Origin: Blepharisma stoltei ATCC 30299
Taxonomy: Eukaryota; Protista; Ciliophora
NCBI GenBank assembly: GCA_965603825.1
Contig: CBFDEM010000062.1
Location: 310,001 to 374,000, forward strand
Direction of reading: 5' to 3'
DNA: 64,000 nt
Below, piece after piece: positions 1 to 10,361 of the stretch (its first letter is position 1; every line of letters starts with the position of its first letter). A model generated the notes under the pieces. It was not told the origin of the DNA. It searched no databases and saw only the letters and a program-made list of their open reading frames with translations. The position numbers were made by a program, and so were the translations under genes.

Positions 1-1416
1 TTCTTCCAATGTTCGTGTTCCTGGAAATCTTTTTTTACCTCTACTATTCGGGACAATTTTTGGATTCATTTCTTCAAAAAACAAATTTTTTCTTGTAGCT
101 TGCTCCATAAGCTCTTCGGGAGGAAGTCCTTTCACTTCCATAATGCACAACAGCTGCTCATGCTCACTTTCTCCTGGGAAAATCGGACAGCCGGAATGCA
201 GCTCTGCAAGAATACACCCTAATGATCACATATCAATTGCTACCGTATAAGGAATCCCCAATATTATTTCTGGAGCTCTGTAAAATCTACTTTGTATATA
301 AGTATATAATTTTTCTTCTTCAAAACAAGAAGATCCAAAATCAATCACTTTGATTCCAGATTTATTTGGATGCTTCAGGAGAATATTTTCGGGCTTCAAA
401 TCGCAATGAATTATTTTATGCTCTCTTAAAAACGCGAGACATATTAAAATCTGTATACCAAAGCGCTTTACAAGAGTAAGGGAAAATCCATGAAATCCAT
501 TGTTTTTTAGAAGTTCATATAAATTGATGGAAAGCAGCTCAAAAGTAATGCATAAATGTTTTCTAAAAATAAAGCAGTCTTCCATTTGCACGCAATGAGC
601 TTCTGAGTCTTTGCCGTTTTCGTTCATATGCTGGAGAACTTTAATTTCCACTTTTCCTTGTCTATGAAACCTTCTTTGGTTTCTAATGATTTTTAGAGCT
701 ACAAGTTTTTTAGTTTTATGGTCTAGACATTTGCAGACCTGTCCAAAAGATCCTTTTCCTAAGATTTCAATTATTTCATATCTGTATGAGATATGATCTC
801 CAGTTACCAATTTATAGTCAGATCTGTCATCATCATAGCCAAAATTGGCTTGAGTAGGATCTGGCTGTATTTTCTTGGATTTTAACCCAAGAAAATAAAT
901 TTCTGAATATTCTAAAACCTCATTTTGTTCGTATTTCGTCATAAAAGATTCAAATTCTTTTAGAACTTCTGGAGGGGATATAGGGAGTTTATGAAACAGC
1001 AATAATGTATCTGGATCACTTGGAGCGTGACTTATTGATTTATGCCTAATTGCTATCTTTGCTCTAGGACTTGGCCTTGCGCTACGTGTTTCGTCTCTGC
1101 TTAAGCAGTTATTGCTGCGGTTTAAGCTGCTATTCAGCTTGAATGATGAATTTGCGGATGATTCCAAAGTGTTGTTTAATGAAAACTTGTCAGACAAATG
1201 AACAGGAAATCCTCTGTCAGTTCGTTTAGGAAGTGTCAGCTGCTTAGGTGTCCTCATTTCATGAGGAAAAGCAGTAAATGATATTGCTGGATCTCCTTTT
1301 TTCTTAAGAGATAAGTTTAAAATGTTTCTTTTAGGCACACTAGGCTTCCTTGAATTAGATGCTAACGGCCTCAGTTTTGAAATTTTGATACGTGGAGATA
1401 GACCTTGGCCATTCAT
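1..1416 (-). CDS. DYRK2: DYRK-family (class 2-like) dual-specificity kinase; 3' end lies beyond the window
   Basis: Motifs GKGSFGQV, HCDLKPEN, DFGSSC and YTYIQSRFYRAPE. The TGA at 226-228 reads AIDM-W-SLGCILAEL, the invariant Trp of subdomain IX, and the frame stays open to position 1. Confidence 0.9.
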
Positions 1417-1754
1417 GATATTTATTTATGAATAAAAATTTACTTTTCATTTAATTTTGGTTTAGTATATTGATTTAAGTTTAAGAAAAAACAATTGTTT
1501 ATTTTTCTGTGATAGAAAATGATGCTGAAGAATAAGAGATATCATTAAATCATAACGGGCTCTCTTAAAGAATTTTAACTGGCCTATAGATGCTAAAAAG
1601 TGGTACACCAATAAGATTATTTACAAAAATATATAAATTATAGTTCAGACTCATGAAAATTGCTTAAAATGCCTGTGTTTGAAATTTTTCATATTTTGAA
1701 AATAATTGTTAAATCATAGAATATGTAATGAATTTCAGTCATTAATTTGCAAAT

Positions 1755-2516
1755 ATGAAAGCAATAAGAAGAAGCTATTCTTTACTCTTCCCCTGGAGAT
1801 TCAATGATAAAAGCCCATTCAGGCTTTTTCCTGTATCAAAGCTGCTCTTTACTGAGCTTGATGAAGCTCGAGAAGGATTCTTACAAGCTTACGACGAAGT
1901 CTTAAAGTCTTTAGAAGACTACGATTTCGAACATTTAAATTCTATCATGGAGCCGAGATTATTTTCAGAAATTAAGATCGGTCTGAATTCAATAAAAGGC
2001 AGAGAGCAATGCGTCAAAAGAATAAATACTGACGATCATGTAGATGTGTATTTTTATAATCAAAACCTCTATATTGGAGCTGAAATCGACAGGTCAAAGA
2101 ACGAAAACCTTTATCCTGAGCCAATAACTGTAATGAGATATAATCCTCGCAATCTCAATGATATGAGAAGAATTTCAATTGATAAATGACATATATATGG
2201 GATCTCTTCAAATAGCTTTATTTTGAAAATTGATGTTGTATTTAATACCTCAAAAAAGCTGGTGATAGTTAATGAGAAAGATGAAAAAATTGTGGGAGAT
2301 ATCAGTGATTCTCGAGAAACTCATAAGTTCCGATTTGAAAAAATGATTAAGGGTGAGGTGGGAAGCTTCAAAAAAATTGAACTGGGTATTAAGGCTTTAA
2401 GCTATTCATTATTTCCGAGATTTGGAGTAAATCCTTTTGAGGAGTCTGAGTGGATTATTACTGATATTGATGATTTTTTAAATGGAAATCCTTATAAAGC
2501 AATTGAAAATTCGTAA
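1755..2516 (+). CDS. Tim44/MRPL45-like domain protein, probably mitochondrial (253 aa)
   Basis: ORFs 1755-2189 and 2223-2516 join in frame through TGA 2187-2189. Basic N-terminus; pattern 'FLQAYDEVL...IDVVF...HKFRFE...WIITDID'. Family call is tentative. Confidence 0.55.
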
Positions 2517-2764
2517 TTTAAAAATTCTTTGTTTTAATTACTATATCTGATTTCGATCGTCATAGCTAATGTTAAATCTATTTAAATGCAAAGATGAAGT
2601 TTCTTTAATTTTTAAATTTTTTTTCAGTAATTTTTAATAATCTTGCAAAGTTCATTTCAATTTATGAATTAATAACTATTAATTTTCGGTTAATAAATCT
2701 GCTTCCAATCAATAATTGTGTAATTAAAAATAAATATTTAACTCATAGAGGTTTAAATGGTTAA

Positions 2765-3469
2765 TTAGCGAACTGTAAACTTAATGCTTGATTGAGCTAA
2801 TGTCGCTTCACCAGGATTAGTTAATCCACAAGTTCCTGAACAAATTTGAACAATCCCAGTATAATTTCCAGTTGGAAGTTGAGGAGTCATAGGAATTTCA
2901 AACTTAGCAGAGTAGCTATCAACAGCAAATCCCTCATTAAAGTAATCATATGAGAATGGCTTAACAGAAGTTCCAGGAGGCGTAACAGTCAACAACACTT
3001 GTCCGGTTCCTGTTGCAGAGGTTACGGTGAATATCACTTGAACTTTAAATACTGTGTTGACACCTCCAGTAGAAGGAGTAACATAGGTACTATTAATTAC
3101 TGCTGCACCTCCATTGACAACTGGACAAATCTGATTTAAGGATTCACAAAAATAAATTGAGTCTTGGCTTGGGCCTGCTCTTTTGACAGCTGTAAACATG
3201 GTGCTTGGAGATGGTTGCGGGTTTTGGCATAAGTATAAGCAGATTTGCTGGGCAAAAGCGTCTTTTATTGTTGAGCATAAGCCAGAGCAAGTTGTTGGAG
3301 GAGTATTTCCTGATAATGTTTGGTATAATGGCTGGAGATTTGTATCTGCAAAGGCAACACAAGGTTGACACATATCAATTGCTCCGTCTGAAGAGAACGA
3401 TGGTGAGGTTTCATATGAACTTGCAAGTGCTATGAATGCAACAAGAATTGCAATCTTTATTCCAGACAT
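2765..3469 (-). CDS. Secreted countin-like protein (saposin-like domain plus beta-sandwich domain)
   Basis: Signal peptide, then CQPC...CSGLC...ICLYLC...YFCESLNQICP, followed by a beta-rich domain with TGTGQ and ICSGTCG, as in Dictyostelium countin. Confidence 0.65.
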   Translation of the reverse strand: MSGIKIAILVAFIALASSYETSPSFSSDGAIDMCQPCVAFADTNLQPLYQTLSGNTPPTTCSGLCSTIKDAFAQQICLYLCQNPQPSPSTMFTAVKRAGPSQDSIYFCESLNQICPVVNGGAAVINSTYVTPSTGGVNTVFKVQVIFTVTSATGTGQVLLTVTPPGTSVKPFSYDYFNEGFAVDSYSAKFEIPMTPQLPTGNYTGIVQICSGTCGLTNPGEATLAQSSIKFTVR

Positions 3470-4155
3470 TTATTATTTCACCACTTCGGTGTATATGAAG
3501 CAAATTATTTATTTCAGTCACAAGTTATTAATTTTACTCACACTAATCCGTTTTTGGTCTTAATGTTTATTAAGATGAAGAGAATTTAATTTTTGAGAAG
3601 TTAAATAAGAAATATTGAGTCTTTGGAAAAAGTTGATTTTTTATTTTACAAAATTTTCAATGCTTTTCTTATTTAAATGCAGTTTCAATAGAAAAATTAA
3701 CTAGATGAATTTATATAATTTTTTAGAAAAATTAAAACTCATGTTGGCTAAAGCTATATAATTATTATGCAAAAACAGCGATACCAGCTCAGCTCATTGA
3801 ATATAAAATTAATTTTTAGTCTATAGCTGAATGGTTATATATCAATAGTGCATTTAAGATTATCTACTTTTTCATGATTTTTGAAATTTTAAATCCTTTC
3901 TTAAGAAAATTTAATTATACTATTCCTTTCAAATTTAATTTCACTGTACTCTTGTTTTTTAGCCTCCTAGATGATCCTATCTTAAAGTATCTAAATCTTG
4001 CTTAATTTTTATTTTTAATTATTTTTAGCGAAAGATATTTATAAATATTGAGCATCATGATTTCTTTTAGATTAATTATTATTAAACATTAAATAAAAGA
4101 ACTCAAATTCTCAAATTAAAATTTTAAGAAGTACCCTATTTGGACTTTTGGACAA

Positions 4156-4202
4156 AGCGCCATTTTGCCCACCTTTTTATTGAATGGCGCTAAGTGCGCC
4201 AT
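4156..4202. promoter_or_regulatory. Cluster of three GCGCCAT motifs, including a perfect 9-bp inverted repeat
   Basis: AGCGCCATT (4156-4164) and AATGGCGCT (4183-4191) are exact reverse complements; a third GCGCCAT lies at 4196-4202. The surrounding intergenic DNA is strongly AT-rich. Confidence 0.4.
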
Positions 4203-4981
4203 ATGCCAAAATTCTTACAATAATTCTTACTATGCTGAAGATTGAAGAAGAGCCCGCAGTCCAATTCACACCCGCGAAATTTACGAAAAATGAATTTGCC
4301 GCGGGTTTTGAAACCCCTCAGCCAATAACTTTGTATTATTTTCAGTGCTCAAATTCCTTAGTGCCAACTTTCAATGAGCGACTCCCAATTCCCGAGATTA
4401 TAGTGGGTGCATCCCCAAATCTTTCTACCTGTCCGAATACCCCTGAGATCTTATCTCAAAGAAAGATCTTCAGTTGTTCTTTGTGCTCGAAATTCTATAC
4501 AAGATCATCAACCTTAAAGGTTCACATGAGAAAGCATACTGGTGAGAAACCTTATGCATGCAGGATCTGCAGCAAAAGTTTCTCAGAAAAAGGCAATTTA
4601 ATTACCCATGAAAGGATGCATACAGGCGAAAAACCGTTTGTATGCCCTCAATGTGGAAATCGCTTTTCCACTCAAGGACATTTGACAGATCATATGAGGC
4701 GGCATTCAGGGGATAGGCCATTTGTATGTAAAGCATGTGAGAAATCATTTATGAGGTCGAGCACTTTGAAAATTCATATAAGAAAACACACTGGAGAAAA
4801 ACCTTTTGTCTGTGAATTCTGCAGCAAAGCTTTCAGTGAGTCTGGGAACTTGAAAACCCATAGGAGAACTCACACAGGGGAAAGACCTTATATATGTAAA
4901 TACCCTGGCTGTACAAAAGCTTTTAAAACGAAAGGTCACTTAGTGGACCACATGAAGACTAAGCAGCATCAAGATTATTAA
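4184..4981 (+). CDS. C2H2 zinc-finger protein with six fingers (alternative start ATG 4232)
   Basis: Six CxxC/Cx4C...HxxxH fingers joined by TGEKP-type linkers. Confidence 0.92.
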   Translation: MALSAPYAKILTIILTMLKIEEEPAVQFTPAKFTKNEFAAGFETPQPITLYYFQCSNSLVPTFNERLPIPEIIVGASPNLSTCPNTPEILSQRKIFSCSLCSKFYTRSSTLKVHMRKHTGEKPYACRICSKSFSEKGNLITHERMHTGEKPFVCPQCGNRFSTQGHLTDHMRRHSGDRPFVCKACEKSFMRSSTLKIHIRKHTGEKPFVCEFCSKAFSESGNLKTHRRTHTGERPYICKYPGCTKAFKTKGHLVDHMKTKQHQDY

Positions 4982-5024
4982 TTAATAATCATAATCAACA
5001 TTTGAAATTAATTATCACTCACTG

Positions 5025-6482
5025 TTATAGGTGACTAACAATGATCTCTTGAAATTCATTATAATCAATCCCTCCATCTCCGTTTTTGTCAACTTCATCA
5101 ATTATGGTGCTCCAAACTTTGTTTTCTGAAGTAGCTTTGCCTTCCAGCATCCTTTTCAATTCTTGAGCTGAAATAGACTGATTTCCATCTTCATCAAACG
5201 CATCGAAAGCATGCTTCATATTTTCACTTGAGACCAGCACTTTCTGATCCATCGTTGCCTTTAAAAATTCAAAATAGTCAATAAACCCACTATTATCAGT
5301 ATCAACTTCAGCCATAATTCTGGTCACTTCTTCATCTGCTGCTTCTGCGCCCATAATTTTGACAAACTGTTCCATCAGTTCATCCCTGCTTAGTTTACCG
5401 TCATGATTTGTGTCCATTGCAATGAAAATATCTCTCAATGATTTTGTGTCTTTTAGAGATAAGCATTGTGTCGTTATAAAAGCTCGGATTGCGTCTTTTA
5501 ACTTGTTTGAAGCTTCAAAGCGCTGAAGATTTGTTAAGGCTGACTGCATTAGATCAGGATGTGGAGATGCTACGGAAACATTTCGGGTCATCCAGATGTG
5601 CTCTAAAGCTTGGGCAGCAGATAATCGAGTAGAAGCAGGACATAGAAGGGCTGAGATCATGTCTTTGGCAGCTTTTGAAACAGTTCTTCAAATTTCTCCT
5701 TTGAAAGTAAATTTCCCTCTTTTCACGTTTTCTATTATTTCTTCATCTGTTTTCCCATCGAAAGGAGGTCGTCCGCATAGCAAAATATAAAGAATCACCC
5801 CGCAGCTCCACAAGTCGCATTTTTCATTATAAGTCCCAGAAAGAACTTCTGGGGAAATATAATACGCAGTCCCAAGGGTTCCTTCGATTGGCACACCTTT
5901 CGTAAATCGCTCACTTGCACCAAAATCAATCAGTTTAATATTTGAAATATCTCCTTGTTCTTCTAGTAGGATATTTTCAGGCTTAATGTCTCGATGTGCT
6001 ATACAATGCTCATGAAGATAAGAAACCGCAGAAAATAATTGGCACATTATTTGCGCAGCTTGTAACTCATTGAAGTTTTGCCGCTTAAGAATTTCTCCAA
6101 ATAATTCTCCCCCTTTGCAATTTTCCATCACAATATAAAAACGCATGGAATCTTCGAAAAATTCGTAAACCCTGATAATGTTAGGATGGTCGAGTGTTTT
6201 AAGGATATCTAGCTCGTTCATCAAGAGCTTTTGCTTGTCTTCGTCTATAGCAAGATCTTTTCGAAATATTTTTACTGCTCTTTCAGTGCCTGTAGTTAAA
6301 TGGAAGCACAGCTTGACATCTCCAAAGGCTCCTGATCCTAATTTTTTGCCTAATTTATAGACTTCTTGGAATTTATGTTCATTTTCTACTACAAAAGTTG
6401 ATGGCTGCACCTTGATTTCGGATACTGTACAGATTTTAACCACTTGGTCCTTTACTTTCATTTTGCTTGTTCCACAACCCAT
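5025..6482 (-). CDS. Calcium-dependent protein kinase (CDPK), 485 aa
   Basis: MGC N-terminus, kinase domain (HRDIKPEN, DFG), junction and four EF-hands. Joined through TGA 5688-5690 (GEI-W-RTVSKAAKD). Confidence 0.93.
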
Positions 6483-6781
6483 TTTAAAATGTATATAAAT
6501 AAAAATTTTACTGGCAATTGGTAGTTAACTCCTTCAGGTTATTATTCATTTATGAAACTATTTATCAAGTTAAAACGTGCACAAATTTTATAGATTAAAT
6601 TTTTAAAAAGTTTTTTTTTACAATATTTGATAAATCATTGCTCATGGAATTGCATAAACGAATGTAGGCTAATTTAATGCAATTCAAAACGATTATAATA
6701 ATTCATGGCTGTTAAATTTATGAGAAAAATGCATTATAGCTTTATATAATTGATAAAAGCTCAAATTAATTTAAATAATTT

Positions 6782-7213
6782 CTAATCTTGGCTATTATAT
6801 AATTGTTTGCTGTTTATGACAATTCCTACCTCTATAATAAAAGGTATCAGCACTGTAAATGCCCAAATGCCCCACAATCCTGAGTATCTCCAATCATCTA
6901 AAATGAACCAACATGTGATGATCACCCCTAGGCAATGTAAAACTATTTCCACAATATTTGCGTGATCATAAAACAATGACAATCCTGAAAACAACACCAA
7001 AATTTCTACTCCCAGAAGTAGTAAACTTATCACTGCACATGCCAACAGCGACCTATCTGCTTCTTCGAAATCTGAATCTGAGTCTGAAATTGGATAATCA
7101 AAAGATGAGTATACGTTTTGTTTGTGAGTGTAAAGTATAGTAATATTCATCACCACTTGGCAAATAACTGCTAAAAACTTTGCCGGCATGATGCTTTCGT
7201 TCAGTTTCGTCAT
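6782..7213 (-). CDS. TMEM107: Ciliary transition-zone protein TMEM107
   Basis: 143 aa with four TM segments; 'PAKFL', 'FSGLSLF', 'LHCLGVIITCWFILDDW'. Ends in TAG. Confidence 0.8.
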   Translation of the reverse strand: MTKLNESIMPAKFLAVICQVVMNITILYTHKQNVYSSFDYPISDSDSDFEEADRSLLACAVISLLLLGVEILVLFSGLSLFYDHANIVEIVLHCLGVIITCWFILDDWRYSGLWGIWAFTVLIPFIIEVGIVINSKQLYNSQD

Positions 7214-7374
7214 TGTAAAAAAGTTTTATATTTTATAAAATATGAGACTAAAATAAATTAATTTTGTTTATGGAAAAGCACAAATACCGCTTTTATAGGA
7301 GAATAAAATAATGCAGATTATTTAAATTTTTTTGGTGAATGTTGAGCTAAATAGACACTGAATTTGTGGGTATT

Positions 7375-8370
7375 TTAGATGCCAGGCTGACTGATAGATG
7401 CAATATCTGCTGGCTTGAGCCCTTGCTGGTTCCTTAAGTTTGAATCTGCTCCATTTTCAATTAGAACTTCCCACAGAAATGCTCTTCCAGGAGAAGCTGC
7501 TGCAAAATGCAGTGGGGAATTCCCTTCATCGTCTTGCTGATTTATTAAATCAAGTTTATTTGGTAGCCTTGCAGCTGCAATAAGCACATTTACAAGTGTG
7601 CTTGGAGTGCTTTGTGCTGCAAAGTGAATAACGTTTCTATTTTTATGAGTACTCGCAGCTATATCAGCTCCTCCTAGCAGCAAAATTTGAACACAATTTT
7701 CTTGATTTAGCTTGCAAGCCAAATGCAGTAGCGTTCATGACTTGTCATTAATAACCAAATTTACATTGAAGCCTGCCAAAACTGCTTTTTTTAAACTAGC
7801 TTCATCTCCTCGTTCAAGTGCGCTAATGAAGCTCTTTAGATCTCTTGGAATAGTTTCGTTACCTCTGCCAGAAAGCAACTGAGGAGTAGGAGTTGGCTCA
7901 TCTTCTCTGCATAAAAAATGCAAAGGTGCGATCATCCCTCCTTTTTCTATATAACCGCCTCATTCATATAGCTCTGGACCTCTTAGTCCTGGGCGGCCTT
8001 TAGCTAGTCTTCTTAAATCATCTAATGTTACCCACCTGGCTTCTTCAGATTCTTTGTCAGGAATTGTCTTAGGGATTTGCAGTTCATCAATTGGCATTGC
8101 GAAGAAAACAACCCGCATTCTAGCATGTGTAGGGCCATATACAGAATGTTCAACTCTTAAAATACCTTTCAGCTCAATCCTTATACCACTTTCTTCAAGA
8201 CATTCTCTATGAGCTGCATCTACAAAAGTTTCCCCTGGGTCTACCAATCCAGCTGGAAGCCACCAGCCTCGATTCCTAGTTTCTTTCACCGCAAGTCATT
8301 TCCCGTCAAAATTTCTAACTACTACTACAGAGAATCCATGTGTAGAGAACGGAGATCGATCCTCACTCAT
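7375..8370 (-). CDS. NUDIX hydrolase (NUDT18-like) fused to ankyrin repeats, 331 aa
   Basis: ATG at 8370. TGA=Trp at 8296, 7960 and 7735 joins three ORFs. Nudix box GLVDPGETFVDAAHRECLEESG; ankyrin motifs WTLLHLAC, NVIHFAA and GNSPLHFAA. Confidence 0.82.
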
Positions 8371-8377
8371 TTAATTA

Positions 8378-9223
8378 TTAAATTGGTATTAAAGGTATTG
8401 CTTCACTATTTGTTCTTAAATTTCTTTTACAGTTCGGACAGCTGCCTTGGCGCATGAGCCAGACATCGATGCACTGCAAATGGAACCTGTGTTTACAAGG
8501 CATGACTCTTACCTTTTCTCTCGCTTTAAAATCTTCTAAACAGACTGTACATTGGTTGATATTAGCTTCAGGCGTTTTTATTGTTTCTACTTCAAACCTC
8601 AAAATTGATCCAGGAGATAATCCTTGCAAGTGTGGACTTAATCTGGGCACTGGGTCATCTCCATACTGTTCTGCTAATCTTACATACTGTCCTCTGATGT
8701 CGAGATTTCTGAAATAGACCATAGCTGAGATCATGATTGAAGTAGTATACGCAATAATCCACACATAGAAAATCATGAGCCACAATATAAAATATCAGCT
8801 TTGCTGCTGATCTTTAAAACACCGAGCTGCTGTTCCTTCAATACCAGACAGCTTGTAGTCATCTGAATCCACTTCTGCGTACCAAAAGGTACCTAAAAGT
8901 ATCCAGCATAGGAAAAATGGATAAAGAACTCCTACAACAATGCAGGATCTTAAGTTTGAATTGCTTGTAAATAGTTTAAAGCACCATGGTTCATTAATTT
9001 CATCTACTTCTGGATCTCCCATCGAATGAACAAGCCTAAATAACCCTAAAAATAAGCATGATATCAGAAGCCAAATGTGGATAGGCTTGGAACAATTTCT
9101 GAGTAGGTTTTACTGAAAGTCACTTCATGCAATCACCAGTTCGGCACCTGCATAGAAGATTGCTAATCCTATAAAAACGTCATTGCTAAATGTTTTTTAC
9201 CATGATAATCGAATTGTGGGCAT
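8378..9223 (-). CDS. Multi-TM RING-H2 E3 ubiquitin ligase with two 15-nt introns
   Basis: ATG at 9223; introns 9186-9200 and 9099-9113; TGA=Trp at 9125 and 8795. RING-H2: CTVCLEDF...MPCKHRFHLQCIDVWL...CPNCK. Confidence 0.85.
9099..9113 (-). other. 15-nt spliceosomal intron GTAAAACCTACTCAG
   Basis: GT...AG, A at position 10, and an in-frame TAA. Removal restores DFQNCSKPIHIW. Confidence 0.85.
9186..9200 (-). other. 15-nt spliceosomal intron GTAAAAAACATTTAG
   Basis: GT...AG, A at position 10, and an in-frame TAA. Removal links ATG 9223 to the TM region. Confidence 0.78.
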
Positions 9224-9371
9224 TTCAATTTGCAATATTAATCTTTAATTCACTATTTTTATATAAAATAATATGTGGATAAATTTACTGAGAATACTGA
9301 GCTTTATTTAGAAAATAAGCAAGACTTTAAATTTGAAGTAGAAGCATTAAATATTAACTGTAAAAATCTAG

Positions 9372-10013
9372 CTAGCACTTGCAGCCGCCCTTTGAGGGCT
9401 TACTTTGAGCTCCAGGTGTCAATTTTATTTGTCCTGGCGTTTGATCTGCTTGGCTTTGCGTAGGAGCATTATTCAGACCTGGAAGAGCTCTTGCAACATT
9501 CTCAAACAGCGTTTTGATATTAGCTCCAGTTTTCGCGCTTACCTCCACAAAAAGAACATTCAAACTATTTGCTTTTGCTTGCCCTTCTTCAGAAGTTACG
9601 GTTCTTTGAGAATTCAAGTCAATTTTATTTCCACAAATCATGATAACCACGTCTCCGCCTCTTTCATTTTTTACATCTTCAACCCATTTGTCGATTCCTA
9701 AAAATGTTGGGTTTTGAGTGATATCATAAGCAATAATGGCAACTGAACAATCTCGTATGTAATTTCTTATCAACGTTCGAAAACGTTCTTGGCCAGCAGT
9801 GTCCCAAACTTGTAATCGAAATGAACGATCTTCTAATTGCATTGTTTTTGATAGACAATCTATTCCAATTGTAGGCTGATGAGAGTTGTTAAAAGTGCCA
9901 TGCATGAACTGGTTGATGATTGAGGTTTTACCTACGCCCATGTCGCCAAGAAAGACAATTTTGTATTTTTTAACTTGAGTTGGAGGAGTTAAGGCACTTT
10001 GTGAAGCTTCCAT
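9372..10013 (-). CDS. RAB6: Rab6-like small GTPase
   Basis: KYKIVFLGD-GVGKTS, WDTAGQERFR, ERGGDVVIM, SAK; C-terminal CKC prenylation motif followed by TAG. Confidence 0.85.
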   Translation of the reverse strand: MEASQSALTPPTQVKKYKIVFLGDMGVGKTSIINQFMHGTFNNSHQPTIGIDCLSKTMQLEDRSFRLQVWDTAGQERFRTLIRNYIRDCSVAIIAYDITQNPTFLGIDKWVEDVKNERGGDVVIMICGNKIDLNSQRTVTSEEGQAKANSLNVLFVEVSAKTGANIKTLFENVARALPGLNNAPTQSQADQTPGQIKLTPGAQSKPSKGGCKC

Positions 10014-10361
10014 TTAAAATTAGAATAATTTTACTTTTTGGTCTTTTATGACAAAAATCACGACAGTTTTTGGAAGTTCTGCAGACATATAAATTATTCC
10101 ATTATATTTTTAATAAAGTTTAAATTAAAATTTTGAATTGAGTTATTTTATATTATTTATTCTTTCAAAATCTTTTTCTGATAAAATAGCAATTACTCTA
10201 TATATTATTTAAAATATATTAAATAATTTTACACTCCAAATTTGGCACAATAAAGTAATCAATTTAAATCACACAAAGAACTATAAATTAATTTTTTTTT
10301 ATTATTCTAAATAAAATTAAGTAAAATAATAATTTTACTTATAACATCATTACATGAATAA

